DNA of 64,000 nt from a virus (lineage: Duplodnaviria > Heunggongvirae > Uroviricota > Caudoviricetes): IMG/VR virus record IMGVR_UViG_3300031414_000001, positions 64,001-128,000 of that record. One strand, written 5' to 3'. Below the pieces are notes generated by a model. That model was not told the DNA's origin. It was given only the letters and a program-made list of their open reading frames with translations, and searched no databases. The stretch's first letter is position 1. Each line of letters begins with the position of its first letter. The translations under genes and the position numbers were made by a program. Positions 9,176 to 23,478 of the stretch are shown piece after piece.

Positions 9176-9678
9176 TAGTCACCAATTCCTAAAAATAAAT
9201 CTTGGATTTTTTCATTTTCATCTGCAAAATATACACATGGTGGGTTTGTACCATTATGAAGGGGTACTGCTAGAAGGTTTTTCTTCGGAAGCATTGGAAT
9301 TTGCCACTTAGTTGTTAATGTGAATACTCGAAGTACTTTAACTTGCTCATATCGTGGATACATTGAGCGAATAGGATTGTAAACGAAAGCACGAGGGTCT
9401 TTCATATTCAAAATATTCTCAATAGTACACATCTCCATCATACCAGTATCTTCATCTCCTAGCAAGATTTGCCATCCGAGAGGAACCTGGACAATGTGAT
9501 TTCCAATTTGTAAGTCAGCACTAATACTGTTAAACGAAACTGTATTCAGAATATGTTTAAAGTAGTAATCAGCATCTTCGACCGAGCTTAGATCTAATAC
9601 GCAGTACATTTCTTCTGGAATGGTATCAGTAACCAAATCCATTTCAAATGCATAATTTTCAGGGGTTAATACGTTCAT
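9175..9678 (-). CDS. Hypothetical protein, 167 aa
   Basis: AAGGA SD, coupled to downstream gene. Confidence 0.75.
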   Translation of the reverse strand: MNVLTPENYAFEMDLVTDTIPEEMYCVLDLSSVEDADYYFKHILNTVSFNSISADLQIGNHIVQVPLGWQILLGDEDTGMMEMCTIENILNMKDPRAFVYNPIRSMYPRYEQVKVLRVFTLTTKWQIPMLPKKNLLAVPLHNGTNPPCVYFADENEKIQDLFLGIGD

Positions 9679-9687
9679 GTGAATTCC

Positions 9688-10128
9688 TTAGTAGTAATTG
9701 TCGTCATCATCTTCGTCAGAATCCAGATAATAATCATTGTCATCATCGGAACTGCCGTAGAACTCCAATCCATAGGTTTCACACAATTCTTGAATCTTGT
9801 CTGTGTCAGTATCAAGGTACGCATCGAAATTACCAGTTACACTAATAACATCAATGTACGACTTTCCATCAGTACTAGCATAGATAATATCATATTTGCG
9901 TTCTTGATCAAATTTATCATCCAATCGAGCTTTAATGTCGTAGATGTTGACCCAAGAATCACCGTTACAATCGCAACGGTACACATAGGTATCTGTAGTT
10001 TCCAGTTCTGGAATGAAGTCTACTGAGAATACCATGTCGTCAATCATTGATTCTTCCGTTATCAGGTCATCAATGATTTCTAAAATTTCAGTTTCGCCAA
10101 TAAAGGCAATACTTGATCGAAGTTCCAT
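9688..10128 (-). CDS. Highly acidic hypothetical protein
   Basis: AAGGA SD, D/E-rich with acidic tail, first gene after the promoter at 10162. Confidence 0.75.
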   Translation of the reverse strand: MELRSSIAFIGETEILEIIDDLITEESMIDDMVFSVDFIPELETTDTYVYRCDCNGDSWVNIYDIKARLDDKFDQERKYDIIYASTDGKSYIDVISVTGNFDAYLDTDTDKIQELCETYGLEFYGSSDDDNDYYLDSDEDDDDNYY

Positions 10129-10161
10129 TTCAAAATATCCTTATTATTTTGTTTCGTCTAT

Positions 10162-10190
10162 ATTATAGCACAAAAATGCTACTCATTCCA
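10162..10190 (-). promoter_or_regulatory. Pre-replicative promoter
   Basis: TGGAA-TG-N13-TGC-TATAAT. Confidence 0.75.
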
Positions 10191-11667
10191 TTTTTTCCCA
10201 ATCTTCCACTATCATTTCGACATATGGATACTGGACTTCTTTATAATAAGCTATACGTTCTCTAGAGTGCTTAGCACTGTACTTATTAGAACCGCATATA
10301 TCATAAATTTCAACATGGTCTTTATCTTCAGCACGGCGTAGACCACGACCGATACTTTGGATAGTACGAACAAAACTTTTTCCTGGCTCGATAAGTACTA
10401 CATTGTAAAGACGACTAATACTAATACCTGTACTCGCAACACCATAGGTAGCGATAAGTATCTTATTGTCAGCCCAACGTATCTCACCATAGGATGCTTC
10501 ACGGTCTTTCTTCTTAGTATCACCACGAACGAACTCAGACCTTGGGATACCTAAAGCATCACAAAGAAGTTCACCCGCCTCTAGCCTATCAACTAGTACT
10601 AGTGTGTTACCAGATTCCGCGATTGCTGCTATCAAAGTAGCAATATAGGACATTCGATCCTTATCAGTAACTAAGTACTTTAGTTCTTCCTGATAATTAC
10701 CAAATTTTAGAGCACTTTTTAGTTTAATGCAGTTCACATTACAAGTACTGAGAATCTTCTTATCCTGTAGCTCTTTCGCTGAGATTGTGTATATAACATC
10801 ACCGACATTACATTTAATCTTAGCTGCTAGTACTGGATCTTTAGGAATAGTACCTGTTAAACCCCAACGTAGGGGAATGTTACGCATTACTTGGCCTAGT
10901 ACTGCGTGTAATGCTTCTGCCGCACTTGTATGTGCTTCATCGACAATTACCGCAATTACACCATTAATGAAGTCATGAACATCTTGTTCAGTAAGTTCCA
11001 CTTCACCTTTCTTTGTCTTTTTCCACAAAGAGTTTAATGATTGCCAAGTTGTAATGGTATGCTGATGACCAAGTTCTTTCTTGTCACCATAGAATACACC
11101 AGCATCTAATCCGACCATTTCATAGTCATTATAGGTTTGCTGAACCAAGTCTTTGTTAGGTACGATTACAATACTACGACCGTACTTCTCAACTGACTTA
11201 GACATTGCTGCGGTGATTAGTGTTTTACCGGAGCTAGTACTTGCCAATAGTAATCCATGAGGATTCTGGAGGCAAGTGTTTACTGCGTTCACCTGATGTT
11301 CACGGAGGATAATTTTCTTACCTTCCATGTGATGACCCGCTGGGAATTCAACATAATCAAAAATATTTTCATCAATCGCATCGAACTCAAAATCGTGTTG
11401 AATACGTTGATCATCAATTTCGATCATTACATCATGTTTTTCAAGAATTGGAAGTAATTGATCCAACATGTGGTAGTGTGTACTACCACCCATATTCATA
11501 AAGTTTACCTTACCATCCCAACGACCCATACGACCCGCTGGGGTGAATTTCGCATATGGTAATACATAAGATACTTTACGAATCATTTCTTGACGAACAT
11601 TAGGGGCAAGCCCCTCAAATTTACAGTTAACTTCATCCTGAAGTATTAACTTACAAGTTCCACTCAT
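10183..11667 (-). CDS. uvsW: SF2 DNA/RNA helicase UvsW
   Basis: WDGK, LREHQ, STSSGKT, DEAH, GLTGT, QSIGRGLR. Confidence 0.95.
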   Translation of the reverse strand: MSGTCKLILQDEVNCKFEGLAPNVRQEMIRKVSYVLPYAKFTPAGRMGRWDGKVNFMNMGGSTHYHMLDQLLPILEKHDVMIEIDDQRIQHDFEFDAIDENIFDYVEFPAGHHMEGKKIILREHQVNAVNTCLQNPHGLLLASTSSGKTLITAAMSKSVEKYGRSIVIVPNKDLVQQTYNDYEMVGLDAGVFYGDKKELGHQHTITTWQSLNSLWKKTKKGEVELTEQDVHDFINGVIAVIVDEAHTSAAEALHAVLGQVMRNIPLRWGLTGTIPKDPVLAAKIKCNVGDVIYTISAKELQDKKILSTCNVNCIKLKSALKFGNYQEELKYLVTDKDRMSYIATLIAAIAESGNTLVLVDRLEAGELLCDALGIPRSEFVRGDTKKKDREASYGEIRWADNKILIATYGVASTGISISRLYNVVLIEPGKSFVRTIQSIGRGLRRAEDKDHVEIYDICGSNKYSAKHSRERIAYYKEVQYPYVEMIVEDWEKME

Positions 11668-11690
11668 TCCTTGAGTCCTTTATTTGTTAC

Positions 11691-12566
11691 TTAGTGTGGT
11701 TGTTCATCCACATTTATTTCCGTATCTTCGAACGTTACCAAACCAGCATCAATACGTCGAGTAATTTCGACTTCTACAGTATGAGCAAGGTCAGCATCAA
11801 AGTTTGGCATTTCAGGATTCATTACATCCATGTTCATAATCATCCATTCCAGATAATTCATGGGTACATCTTCCATAGCCCAGCCTTTGTGCTTACCAAT
11901 AGTCATAGTACTGTAACATATTGGGGTATTAGCTAGTGATACAACTTGTGAACCAATATCCTTACTGGTATCAATCAAGTTACGTTCGATGGCTATATTT
12001 ACTAAGTGAGAAAGTACCTTATATGTCATATATACATCGTCTTCAGCACTGTGAGGAACGATTTTATGAGTACAAGTCTTATATAACTCAAATTTGAACC
12101 ATAAGAAGCTCAAAGTAAGGTTTTTAAACTCGGTATCTTCAGCAAATAGCTTTTTAGCTAGTTTCAAAGTACAAATCCAGCTATCGTCGTTCTCAAATTC
12201 AGGAACTACCTTAGAATTAAGGTGCTTTACTGTGTTTTTCTGTAACATTCGACGGTCAAACTGCACGTTGTGTCCTACATAGTACTGTTTAAGTTCGAAT
12301 AACGGATAAAATTCAGAATGTTTATCTGAATATGATTCTTCGTTTGCTAAATCTTCAGTTGTAATGAAGTGTACCGCTGATGCTCCAGGTGGAACATCAT
12401 GCGTTGGTTTGAAACGGGTTGTATAATTATAAACGTCATCAAATGAGTCATTAGAACTCACTGGAAACGACGCACTGAACTCAATAATGTCTGAATCGTC
12501 ATCAGTACCAGTTGTTTCAGTATCTAATATCATAACATTATTGTAAAATTTGTCAAGCTCTGTCAT
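11691..12566 (-). CDS. DEDDh 3'-5' exonuclease (Pol III epsilon/ExoX-like)
   Basis: LDTETTG, GHNVQFD, HSAEDD; C-terminal GKHKG...VPMNYLEW domain. Confidence 0.9.
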   Translation of the reverse strand: MTELDKFYNNVMILDTETTGTDDDSDIIEFSASFPVSSNDSFDDVYNYTTRFKPTHDVPPGASAVHFITTEDLANEESYSDKHSEFYPLFELKQYYVGHNVQFDRRMLQKNTVKHLNSKVVPEFENDDSWICTLKLAKKLFAEDTEFKNLTLSFLWFKFELYKTCTHKIVPHSAEDDVYMTYKVLSHLVNIAIERNLIDTSKDIGSQVVSLANTPICYSTMTIGKHKGWAMEDVPMNYLEWMIMNMDVMNPEMPNFDADLAHTVEVEITRRIDAGLVTFEDTEINVDEQPH

Positions 12567-12586
12567 TAGCTTTCTCCAAAAAGCAA

Positions 12587-12609
12587 AAAGGACGCTATAA
12601 GCGTCCTTT
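12587..12609 (-). terminator. Rho-independent terminator (AAGGACGC stem family)
   Basis: AAAGGACGC-TATAA-GCGTCCTTT. Confidence 0.8.
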
Positions 12610-12611
12610 AA

Positions 12612-13076
12612 TTAATCTAATCGTGCGTCTTCGATTCCAGCAGTTCGAAGTTTAACAATGTTGTTCAACTGAAATGCTTTCATCTCTAACGATTTTACTA
12701 TTCCTAGCAATTGGTTTCGGATATAGGCTACATCTGAAATCAAAAGTGAAATAGCAACAACATCTGGATCACCTTCTACGTACTTTTTACAGTCCGATGA
12801 AGTAAGCTGACGCTTATAGTGTTCAAGAAGTTGTTTAAATTTCTCGGATTCAAGTTGTTTTAACTCAATTTCCAAGACTTCAAGTACTGTTTCGACTTGT
12901 TGGAGTTGGCTGAACCGAAGTTCGTGATAAGCTGGCAATTTTTGAGACAGTGTTTCAATAACACCAGATTGCTTTACTTCACGCCTGGCGTCTTCTAACT
13001 CATTTTCAAAGAAATCGACCATATCGACTATCTTTGATTTATCATCTTTGATGATCCAATGCCATGCTTTAGCCAT
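12612..13076 (-). CDS. uvsY: Recombination mediator UvsY
   Basis: Directly after uvsX; YVEGDPD...KAFQLNNIVKLR pattern, 154 aa helical. Confidence 0.8.
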   Translation of the reverse strand: MAKAWHWIIKDDKSKIVDMVDFFENELEDARREVKQSGVIETLSQKLPAYHELRFSQLQQVETVLEVLEIELKQLESEKFKQLLEHYKRQLTSSDCKKYVEGDPDVVAISLLISDVAYIRNQLLGIVKSLEMKAFQLNNIVKLRTAGIEDARLD

Positions 13077-13077
13077 C

Positions 13078-14238
13078 TTAATCCTCTACTACGTCTACAA
13101 TAGTTTCTTCAATATCTTCGACGTTATCTAAATCAATATCTGTACCGAAATCTTCATCACCTTTATCTGCTTCAGTTACTACAGCAACTAATGGATGGCG
13201 ATTAAACTGACCCATAATTAAGTCTAGGCAAGAATTGGTATTCTTTTCCCATGCTTTACGGAACTGTTTGATTTCTTCACCAGTATCAATGTCAACATAA
13301 ACTAGGCTATTACCTGATTTAGTTACTAGACCACGTTTTTCGAACATATCTAATAGACCACTGTAAGGGTTCATACCAGTATTGTAAGGGATTTTGATTT
13401 CCACATCTTCGAATGGTTTGTTATAACGTGTTTTCATGATTTTACATGCCGCACGAATACCATTTACCTGAGATACTTTGTTTCCGTCTTCATCTTCTTT
13501 TAGTTTTAGTTTACGCATTGCCACCATAATAGATGAAGCATATACGAAACCAGCACCACCAGAAACTTTAGGATCTGGATCAAACATATCTTGAGATGCG
13601 TAAGTATGGTTAGTAGCAATTAGTCCGATATTTAAATCACCGAACATGTTTACGCAGTTCGTTACCAATGCTTTAAGTTGTTTAGCTTTACGACCCATGT
13701 CACCTTTCATATCACCATTCTCGAACTGAGCGGTTTCTGTAGGTGTCATTAACATACCGAGTGAGTCAATTACGAATAGTAGCTTTGGACGTTCTTCACG
13801 TGGAAGATCACCGAACTGATCACGATAGTCTTTTACAACATCAGCGATTAGTTTTGCTACGTCATCAATCATCGCAGCGTTAGCTTTGAACATCATTGAT
13901 TCATCAGTATCTACGCCTAGATCTGTTAACCACTTATCATCAAGTGCGTTTTCAGAGTCAATTACGTATGGGTAGATGCCTTGTTTTTGTGCTTCGCGGA
14001 TTACGTTACCGGAAACGATATAAGATTTACCAGCACCAGACTCACCAGCGAATACAGTTACTTTCCCAAGTGGAATACCATTGTGAAATTCACCGCTGAT
14101 AAGATAGTTCAATGCGTAGTTACCAGTACTAATCCAAGTGTCGGGATCGTGAAATCCGATACTTACACCAGTCATTTTCTTGATACTATTTGAACTGTTT
14201 TTGATGATGCCAGCTAAACCAACAGACGTTTTTTTCAT
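13078..14238 (-). CDS. uvsX: RecA-like recombinase UvsX (start moved to MKKTSVG)
   Basis: ISTGNYALN, GESGAGKS, IDSE, VIDSLG, SGG; GGAGAG SD before ATG 14238. Confidence 0.95.
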   Translation of the reverse strand: MKKTSVGLAGIIKNSSNSIKKMTGVSIGFHDPDTWISTGNYALNYLISGEFHNGIPLGKVTVFAGESGAGKSYIVSGNVIREAQKQGIYPYVIDSENALDDKWLTDLGVDTDESMMFKANAAMIDDVAKLIADVVKDYRDQFGDLPREERPKLLFVIDSLGMLMTPTETAQFENGDMKGDMGRKAKQLKALVTNCVNMFGDLNIGLIATNHTYASQDMFDPDPKVSGGAGFVYASSIMVAMRKLKLKEDEDGNKVSQVNGIRAACKIMKTRYNKPFEDVEIKIPYNTGMNPYSGLLDMFEKRGLVTKSGNSLVYVDIDTGEEIKQFRKAWEKNTNSCLDLIMGQFNRHPLVAVVTEADKGDEDFGTDIDLDNVEDIEETIVDVVED

Positions 14239-14262
14239 ATTATCTCTCCATGAAATGAAATC

Positions 14263-14281
14263 GGGGCAAATCCTTTGCCCC
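14263..14281 (-). terminator. Hairpin or weak terminator after the SSB gene
   Basis: GGGGCAAA-TCC-TTTGCCCC. Confidence 0.55.
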
Positions 14282-14296
14282 AATAAATTTAACTAA

Positions 14297-15343
14297 TTAG
14301 TTACCGCTTTTAGCCTTTAGCTTAGCTACTAGATCTGCTGGAGATAGTTTCTCTTTTGGTGCTGCTTCGGTTGAAGCTGCTGGAGTCTCTACTTTCGCAG
14401 TTTCAGTTACTACTGGCTTGCTTTCTACTACTGGTGCTGTTTTAACAGGTGCAGTTGTAGTAGCTGCTGGTACTGAAGTTGGAGTGTCTGTGGTAGAACC
14501 AGTTGCTGGTTTCTGAACACCTGCTGGACGATAGAATGCCGCCCAACGTGCTGGATCATATGCTTCGCCGTTTACGGATGCTTCGAACATCTCTTTGATA
14601 GCGATTAGTTCCTCTGGAGTTGGCTGTTTAGGCATGAACTCGCTAAGGTTGAATAGACCATATGTTTCTACAGCGGTGCGTTCGTCTTCGTTTAGTGGAC
14701 GCTCGGAGAATTTGAACTGAGATGCGTCATAGTTGTTGAATCCACCAGCGTTTTTAGACTTGATCACACGGAAATCACGACCATGTTCAAAATCGGTTGG
14801 TAGTTCTTCTACATCAGGGTTCATTAGGATTGATTTGATCTTTTCGAACAAATCTTTGTTCACTAGAACGCGACGGATTGGGTTCTCTGGAGCGTTGTCA
14901 TCTTTGACTTCTACAGAGTTTGGAGCTACTAGGCATTGGAATAGATAAGATTTCTTTTTCCAGTACTTAGAGGCTTGTTTAGAAAGATCTTCGTTTCCAG
15001 TTTCTTTAGCGATTTTATACCACTGACGAATCTCGGTAAGAATCGGGCAAGAATTTGCTACCCACATTTCGTTACAAGGTACTTGTAGACGCACTTTATC
15101 AGTGTGTACACCTTTAACGCCGTTGAATTCGAGATTAATCATCTCACGTTCACGCCAGAAGTACTGGTTATTGTGGTCGCCGTCTGGAAGAAAGCGTAGG
15201 TTAAGATCAGCATTCTCTGGAATGTTCCAGAAAGCTAGGAATGCATCCGGTTGGCGTTCGCCAGTGAATGTTCCGTTTTTTACTGCGTCTTGTTTTGCTT
15301 GTTCTGCTGCTAATAGAGCACGAATTTCTGCTAATGATGCCAT
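14297..15343 (-). CDS. gp32: Single-stranded DNA-binding protein (T4 gp32-like)
   Basis: LRFLP, C...CPI, GRDF...NYDASQF; low-complexity C-terminal tail; high-expression codon bias. Confidence 0.88.
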   Translation of the reverse strand: MASLAEIRALLAAEQAKQDAVKNGTFTGERQPDAFLAFWNIPENADLNLRFLPDGDHNNQYFWREREMINLEFNGVKGVHTDKVRLQVPCNEMWVANSCPILTEIRQWYKIAKETGNEDLSKQASKYWKKKSYLFQCLVAPNSVEVKDDNAPENPIRRVLVNKDLFEKIKSILMNPDVEELPTDFEHGRDFRVIKSKNAGGFNNYDASQFKFSERPLNEDERTAVETYGLFNLSEFMPKQPTPEELIAIKEMFEASVNGEAYDPARWAAFYRPAGVQKPATGSTTDTPTSVPAATTTAPVKTAPVVESKPVVTETAKVETPAASTEAAPKEKLSPADLVAKLKAKSGN

Positions 15344-15425
15344 TTTGATTTCCTTATCAATTTGTTTCTTTGTTACTAAGTTTTGCTTCTTTGTTTGTCA
15401 TTGGCTCCTTGCCGCTGACATTTCT

Positions 15426-15548
15426 ATTATACCACAATTTCTTGTGGCGTTTCATCTTTTTTCCGTTTTTTCGTCACGGTTGACTATCCAAGTTTTCGCT
15501 TGGTTATGAACATTATACCACAAAAGGGTATAACGTTTCATCTATTTA
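15426..15548 (-). promoter_or_regulatory. Two tandem pre-replicative promoters and a late box upstream of SSB
   Basis: TGAAA-CG-N13-TGG-TATAAT at 15426-15454 and 15512-15540; TAAATA at 15543-15548. Confidence 0.75.
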
Positions 15549-15568
15549 TCGAACAGGGTTGGGAGCTT

Positions 15569-16870
<1,302 letters not shown>

Positions 16871-16893
16871 TCAAATCTGTATAGATGTATTTA

Positions 16894-19234
<2,341 letters not shown>

Positions 19235-19244
19235 AATCTTCCTT

Positions 19245-19270
19245 AAAAAGTACTGCCAATAGGCAGTACT
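19245..19270 (-). terminator. Terminator whose stem is built on AGTACT
   Basis: Minus strand AGTACTGCC-TATT-GGCAGTACT-TTTT. Confidence 0.75.
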
Positions 19271-19278
19271 ATATCCAT

Positions 19279-19778
19279 TTATAGTTGTTTTAACGTATAA
19301 GTTACATCCATATAGGACTTAAATGGCCCATATAGTGCTTCTGTATTGTTTCTTTCATTATAAATGTCCACACTAAGGGTTAAACGTGGCAAATATGTTC
19401 CGTTTTCCCCTCGAACAAGCCACCATCCAGGATAAAAACGCTTTTTAGAGCGTTGACTCTTACGAAAAGAGCCTATTCCTAGTGGATCATCGTTCTGAAT
19501 GTCGATAATGTTGTCAGTATCGTTAATAGGATACTCACCCAAGGCTTTTGATGTATTAGTACTGTCAGTTACTTCAATTTCAGCATAAGTAAATTCTTCA
19601 CCTAATGCTTCTTCGAGTTCTTTAATGTTACTGAACTTCAAAGCACCCTCTGAAGTAAAGAACTCAATACCAGTACGCTCAGTAGTACCTTCATCGTAAT
19701 TCACTAGAATACCCATCTTGTCACCAGTATTGGTTTCAACAATGAATGAGTACTCAGTTAGAATTTTTAAAATAGCCA

Positions 19779-19779
<1 letters not shown>
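19279..19779 (-). CDS. Hypothetical protein, 166 aa
   Basis: Coupled to RNase H (TAATG overlap). Confidence 0.75.
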
Positions 19780-20792
<1,013 letters not shown>

Positions 20793-20794
20793 TC

Positions 20795-20838
20795 ATTATA
20801 CCACATTTTCCAAGGTGGTTTCACATAAGAAATAAATA
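20795..20838. promoter_or_regulatory. Back-to-back pre-replicative (-) and late (+) promoters
   Basis: TGAAA-CC-N13-TGG-TATAAT at 20795-20823 (-); TAAATA at 20833-20838 (+), another at 20900-20905. Confidence 0.7.
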
Positions 20839-20954
20839 GTTGCATATAAACATTTTGATTAAATTTTTTACGTTATTAATAGTAACGAAAAGGATTTGAT
20901 AAATAACATTAAGCAGGTCAGTGTACCTGCACCAAATTAACAAGGAGATTTCTT

Positions 20955-21515
20955 ATGAGTCTTAATTCTTTTGATCGTAACTATGGTATGTCTGCTAATA
21001 GTCGCGAGTTTTGGGGTGGTGATAACGGTTTCGTAACTGTTGTTATTACTCTACCTACTGATGTAGAAATCGGTGTTTCAACTGTTGCTTTCGACGGTAC
21101 TGAAGCTGGTGATAACGCTGCTCAAACCGCTCTATCTGCTGCTGAGAAAAACCAATTCATCATCGCTCAAGCTCTTGCTCAACGTGCGGTTCTAGTAACT
21201 ACTTCCGCTTTGTCTACTGATGTTGATCCTACTGTTTCTGGTTTTGAAACTGTTGGCGGTAATGTTATCGCTTTCGGTAAATCCGGTACTCTAGCTGATG
21301 GTTCTTTCGGTATTACTTACATCGTTGAACGTCAAGACGTGTTCACAAAACAAGATGGCAAACCAGGTTCTACCTACGCTCTAGTAGTTGATCCTACTGT
21401 TGAAATCGCTACCAATCTAGCACAAGCTGGTGTATTCCAGAAGAAAGACGGTACTCCTGCTCTTGCTGCTGCTGTTGGTATCAAAGTGTTCAAAGCACTT
21501 CCAGTACTACTATAA
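20955..21515 (+). CDS. Abundant virion structural protein, paralog 1 (decoration/fibre-like)
   Basis: Late box, AAGGAG SD, strong codon bias, A/V/G/T-rich; paralogous to next ORF. Confidence 0.7.
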   Translation: MSLNSFDRNYGMSANSREFWGGDNGFVTVVITLPTDVEIGVSTVAFDGTEAGDNAAQTALSAAEKNQFIIAQALAQRAVLVTTSALSTDVDPTVSGFETVGGNVIAFGKSGTLADGSFGITYIVERQDVFTKQDGKPGSTYALVVDPTVEIATNLAQAGVFQKKDGTPALAAAVGIKVFKALPVLL

Positions 21516-21533
21516 TTTCAAGGAGAATAAAAT

Positions 21534-22190
21534 ATGTTAGAACGTATTAATGGTTTCTCCGAATCTGGAGTACTAGGTTATTTCTATGGTAAGAACGCTC
21601 TAGTTTCTATCGCTATCGGCGGTGCTTCAAACGTAGTTGTTAAGGTTACAGGTGCTGTAGCATCATTCGTTGAACTACAACGTTTCCTAAACACTGAAGA
21701 TGTTGATGCAATCGTAGAATTCCTAAACGACAAAGGTGTTGTTCGTGTTGATGGTACTGCTTTCGTAGCTGTATCTCTAGAAGCTGACTACACCGCTGCT
21801 TATGCTGCTCAGACTAACGTTAAACGTGTGATTGACATTGTTCAACAACGTGCGGTTGTTCTAAGTACTTCCTTGACTGCTCAAGGTGTTGCTGTAGCTG
21901 GTTTCCGTAATGCACCATCAGGTGTTACTGCTGCTGCTTCTGTAGCTGCTTCAAACGTTATTACTTTCCTAGTAGAACGTGCGAATGTGTTTGATAAAGA
22001 CCTAGTAACCTTCCAAGGTGTTCCAGCTAACCAAATCGACGAAGGTCGTCTACTAATTGATGATCTAACTGGTGTTCCAATGCTAACCAGTACTGGTACT
22101 GAAGTAATTCTTGCTTCTTCCGCTACTGCTGCTGCCGCTGGTAACTTCGCGATTAAAGTATACAAAGCTATCCCAGCATTGTCTATCTAA
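21534..22190 (+). CDS. Abundant virion structural protein, paralog 2
   Basis: Shares QRAV..S, IT..VER..VF.K and IKV.KA.P.L blocks with previous ORF. Confidence 0.7.
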   Translation: MLERINGFSESGVLGYFYGKNALVSIAIGGASNVVVKVTGAVASFVELQRFLNTEDVDAIVEFLNDKGVVRVDGTAFVAVSLEADYTAAYAAQTNVKRVIDIVQQRAVVLSTSLTAQGVAVAGFRNAPSGVTAAASVAASNVITFLVERANVFDKDLVTFQGVPANQIDEGRLLIDDLTGVPMLTSTGTEVILASSATAAAAGNFAIKVYKAIPALSI

Positions 22191-22202
22191 TAAATCAAAA
22201 CG

Positions 22203-22234
22203 AAAAAAGGACGCTTTATGCGTCCTTTTTTTTT
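22203..22234. terminator. Bidirectional terminator (AAGGACGC stem family)
   Basis: A6-GGACGC-TTTAT-GCGTCC-T9 between convergent genes. Confidence 0.9.
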
Positions 22235-22958
22235 ATTCGTAGATTTTGAAATTAGGATCAATAGAACCAGTCTGTTGATTCATTTCGTCGTTTACGCTTG
22301 TTAGCTTTGTGTCATAGTCACCGCTATAATCTTCTGTTGCTAACTTCCGACCCCAATCTTTAATAAAGTTGTCGATAATCTCATGTTCATCATTACCTGG
22401 ATGACCTTCAGCACGTAACTTTTTCCAGAAATGTTCATTATAATCGAAAATCATACTAAGTTCATTACTTTCCTCGTTGAACTCAACATCAAATGCGAAC
22501 CAAGGCTCACGCTTAAATGTTGCTAATTCTTTCTCGTATTCGTTCTGAGTAATTTCTTCGTACTTTAATGCGTATTTCAAAGCTGCTACGTACTTCTTAT
22601 CTTCATCCTTGATTAGTTCAACGATTTGTTTATCGTATTCCTTTTCATCAATTTTGTGGAACTGAAGATCCAACTCCAACTTTTTCAGTACTACAGTGTC
22701 TTTTCCAATCACTGCGTGTTTGAATTCCAAATCAACTTTATTCACTTCAAATTCATACTCAGTGAATTCTCCATGATTGTATCGAATTTCATTTTTAGCT
22801 ACGTCGCGGTCATGAAGTGTGAGATATAAAATATCCGCACGTTTCAAGTCAGCTTCTAAGCCTTCAAAATGAAAATCAATTAACGCAAGCTCTTTAGCTT
22901 GACCTTTTAGACCCCAATGTGAAGGGTAAATCCAGAATGGTATAATTCTTTTAGCCAT
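22233..22958 (-). CDS. Hypothetical protein (start moved to MAKRIIP)
   Basis: ATG 22958 overlaps GroES end; acidic helical protein. Confidence 0.7.
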   Translation of the reverse strand: MAKRIIPFWIYPSHWGLKGQAKELALIDFHFEGLEADLKRADILYLTLHDRDVAKNEIRYNHGEFTEYEFEVNKVDLEFKHAVIGKDTVVLKKLELDLQFHKIDEKEYDKQIVELIKDEDKKYVAALKYALKYEEITQNEYEKELATFKREPWFAFDVEFNEESNELSMIFDYNEHFWKKLRAEGHPGNDEHEIIDNFIKDWGRKLATEDYSGDYDTKLTSVNDEMNQQTGSIDPNFKIYE

Positions 22959-23238
22959 TTTTCTTCCCAAATATATCACCAATTTTCATAACATAGAAGT
23001 TTTTATTATCATCTTCTAGTGGCATATTTAGTGAAGATTTTCCAAAAACAACAGTGTCGCCAACTTCGAGGTTATGTTCCTCACGTGTACCATCATTCAA
23101 TACACGTCCTGGACCAACTGTAATAACAGTACCAGTACATGGCGGCTCAACTTTAGTGAGGATTAATCCACCTGAGCTTTTGGTTGTATTGTCGATTAGT
23201 TCAACAATAACGTAATCATTAATTGCTTGTAAACTCAT
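22951..23238 (-). CDS. groES: Co-chaperonin GroES (capsid assembly chaperone)
   Basis: INDYVIVE, TKSSGGLIL mobile loop, GTVITVGPG, VGDTVVF; GGAG SD before ATG 23238. Confidence 0.92.
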   Translation of the reverse strand: MSLQAINDYVIVELIDNTTKSSGGLILTKVEPPCTGTVITVGPGRVLNDGTREEHNLEVGDTVVFGKSSLNMPLEDDNKNFYVMKIGDIFGKKNG

Positions 23239-23256
23239 ATTTGACTCCATTCAAAT

Positions 23257-23466
23257 TTAGTATCGTCCAGTGGTGTTGAACCAGTTACCCTTGTACCTAA
23301 AGGTTGTTCCTTTATCTCCAGGGGTAAAAAGTTCTAGTTTCATGCACTGTTCCGTACCGCACTGTTCGCAATCATAAGTCATCTTTTCTCGATCATCATA
23401 TTTGACAATCTTATCAATGCTATGTTGACAGTCTTCTTTTTCGCAACGGTATGTATATAGTGGCAT
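23257..23466 (-). CDS. FmdB-family zinc-ribbon protein
   Basis: MPLYTYRC....C...CEQCG...FRYKGNWFNT. Confidence 0.85.
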   Translation of the reverse strand: MPLYTYRCEKEDCQHSIDKIVKYDDREKMTYDCEQCGTEQCMKLELFTPGDKGTTFRYKGNWFNTTGRY

Positions 23467-23478
23467 GTTTGTATCCTT

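Noticed and set aside
22938-22946. Plus-strand TGGTATAAT, antisense to groES
   Set aside because: Lacks the TGRAA element at the fixed spacing; probably chance
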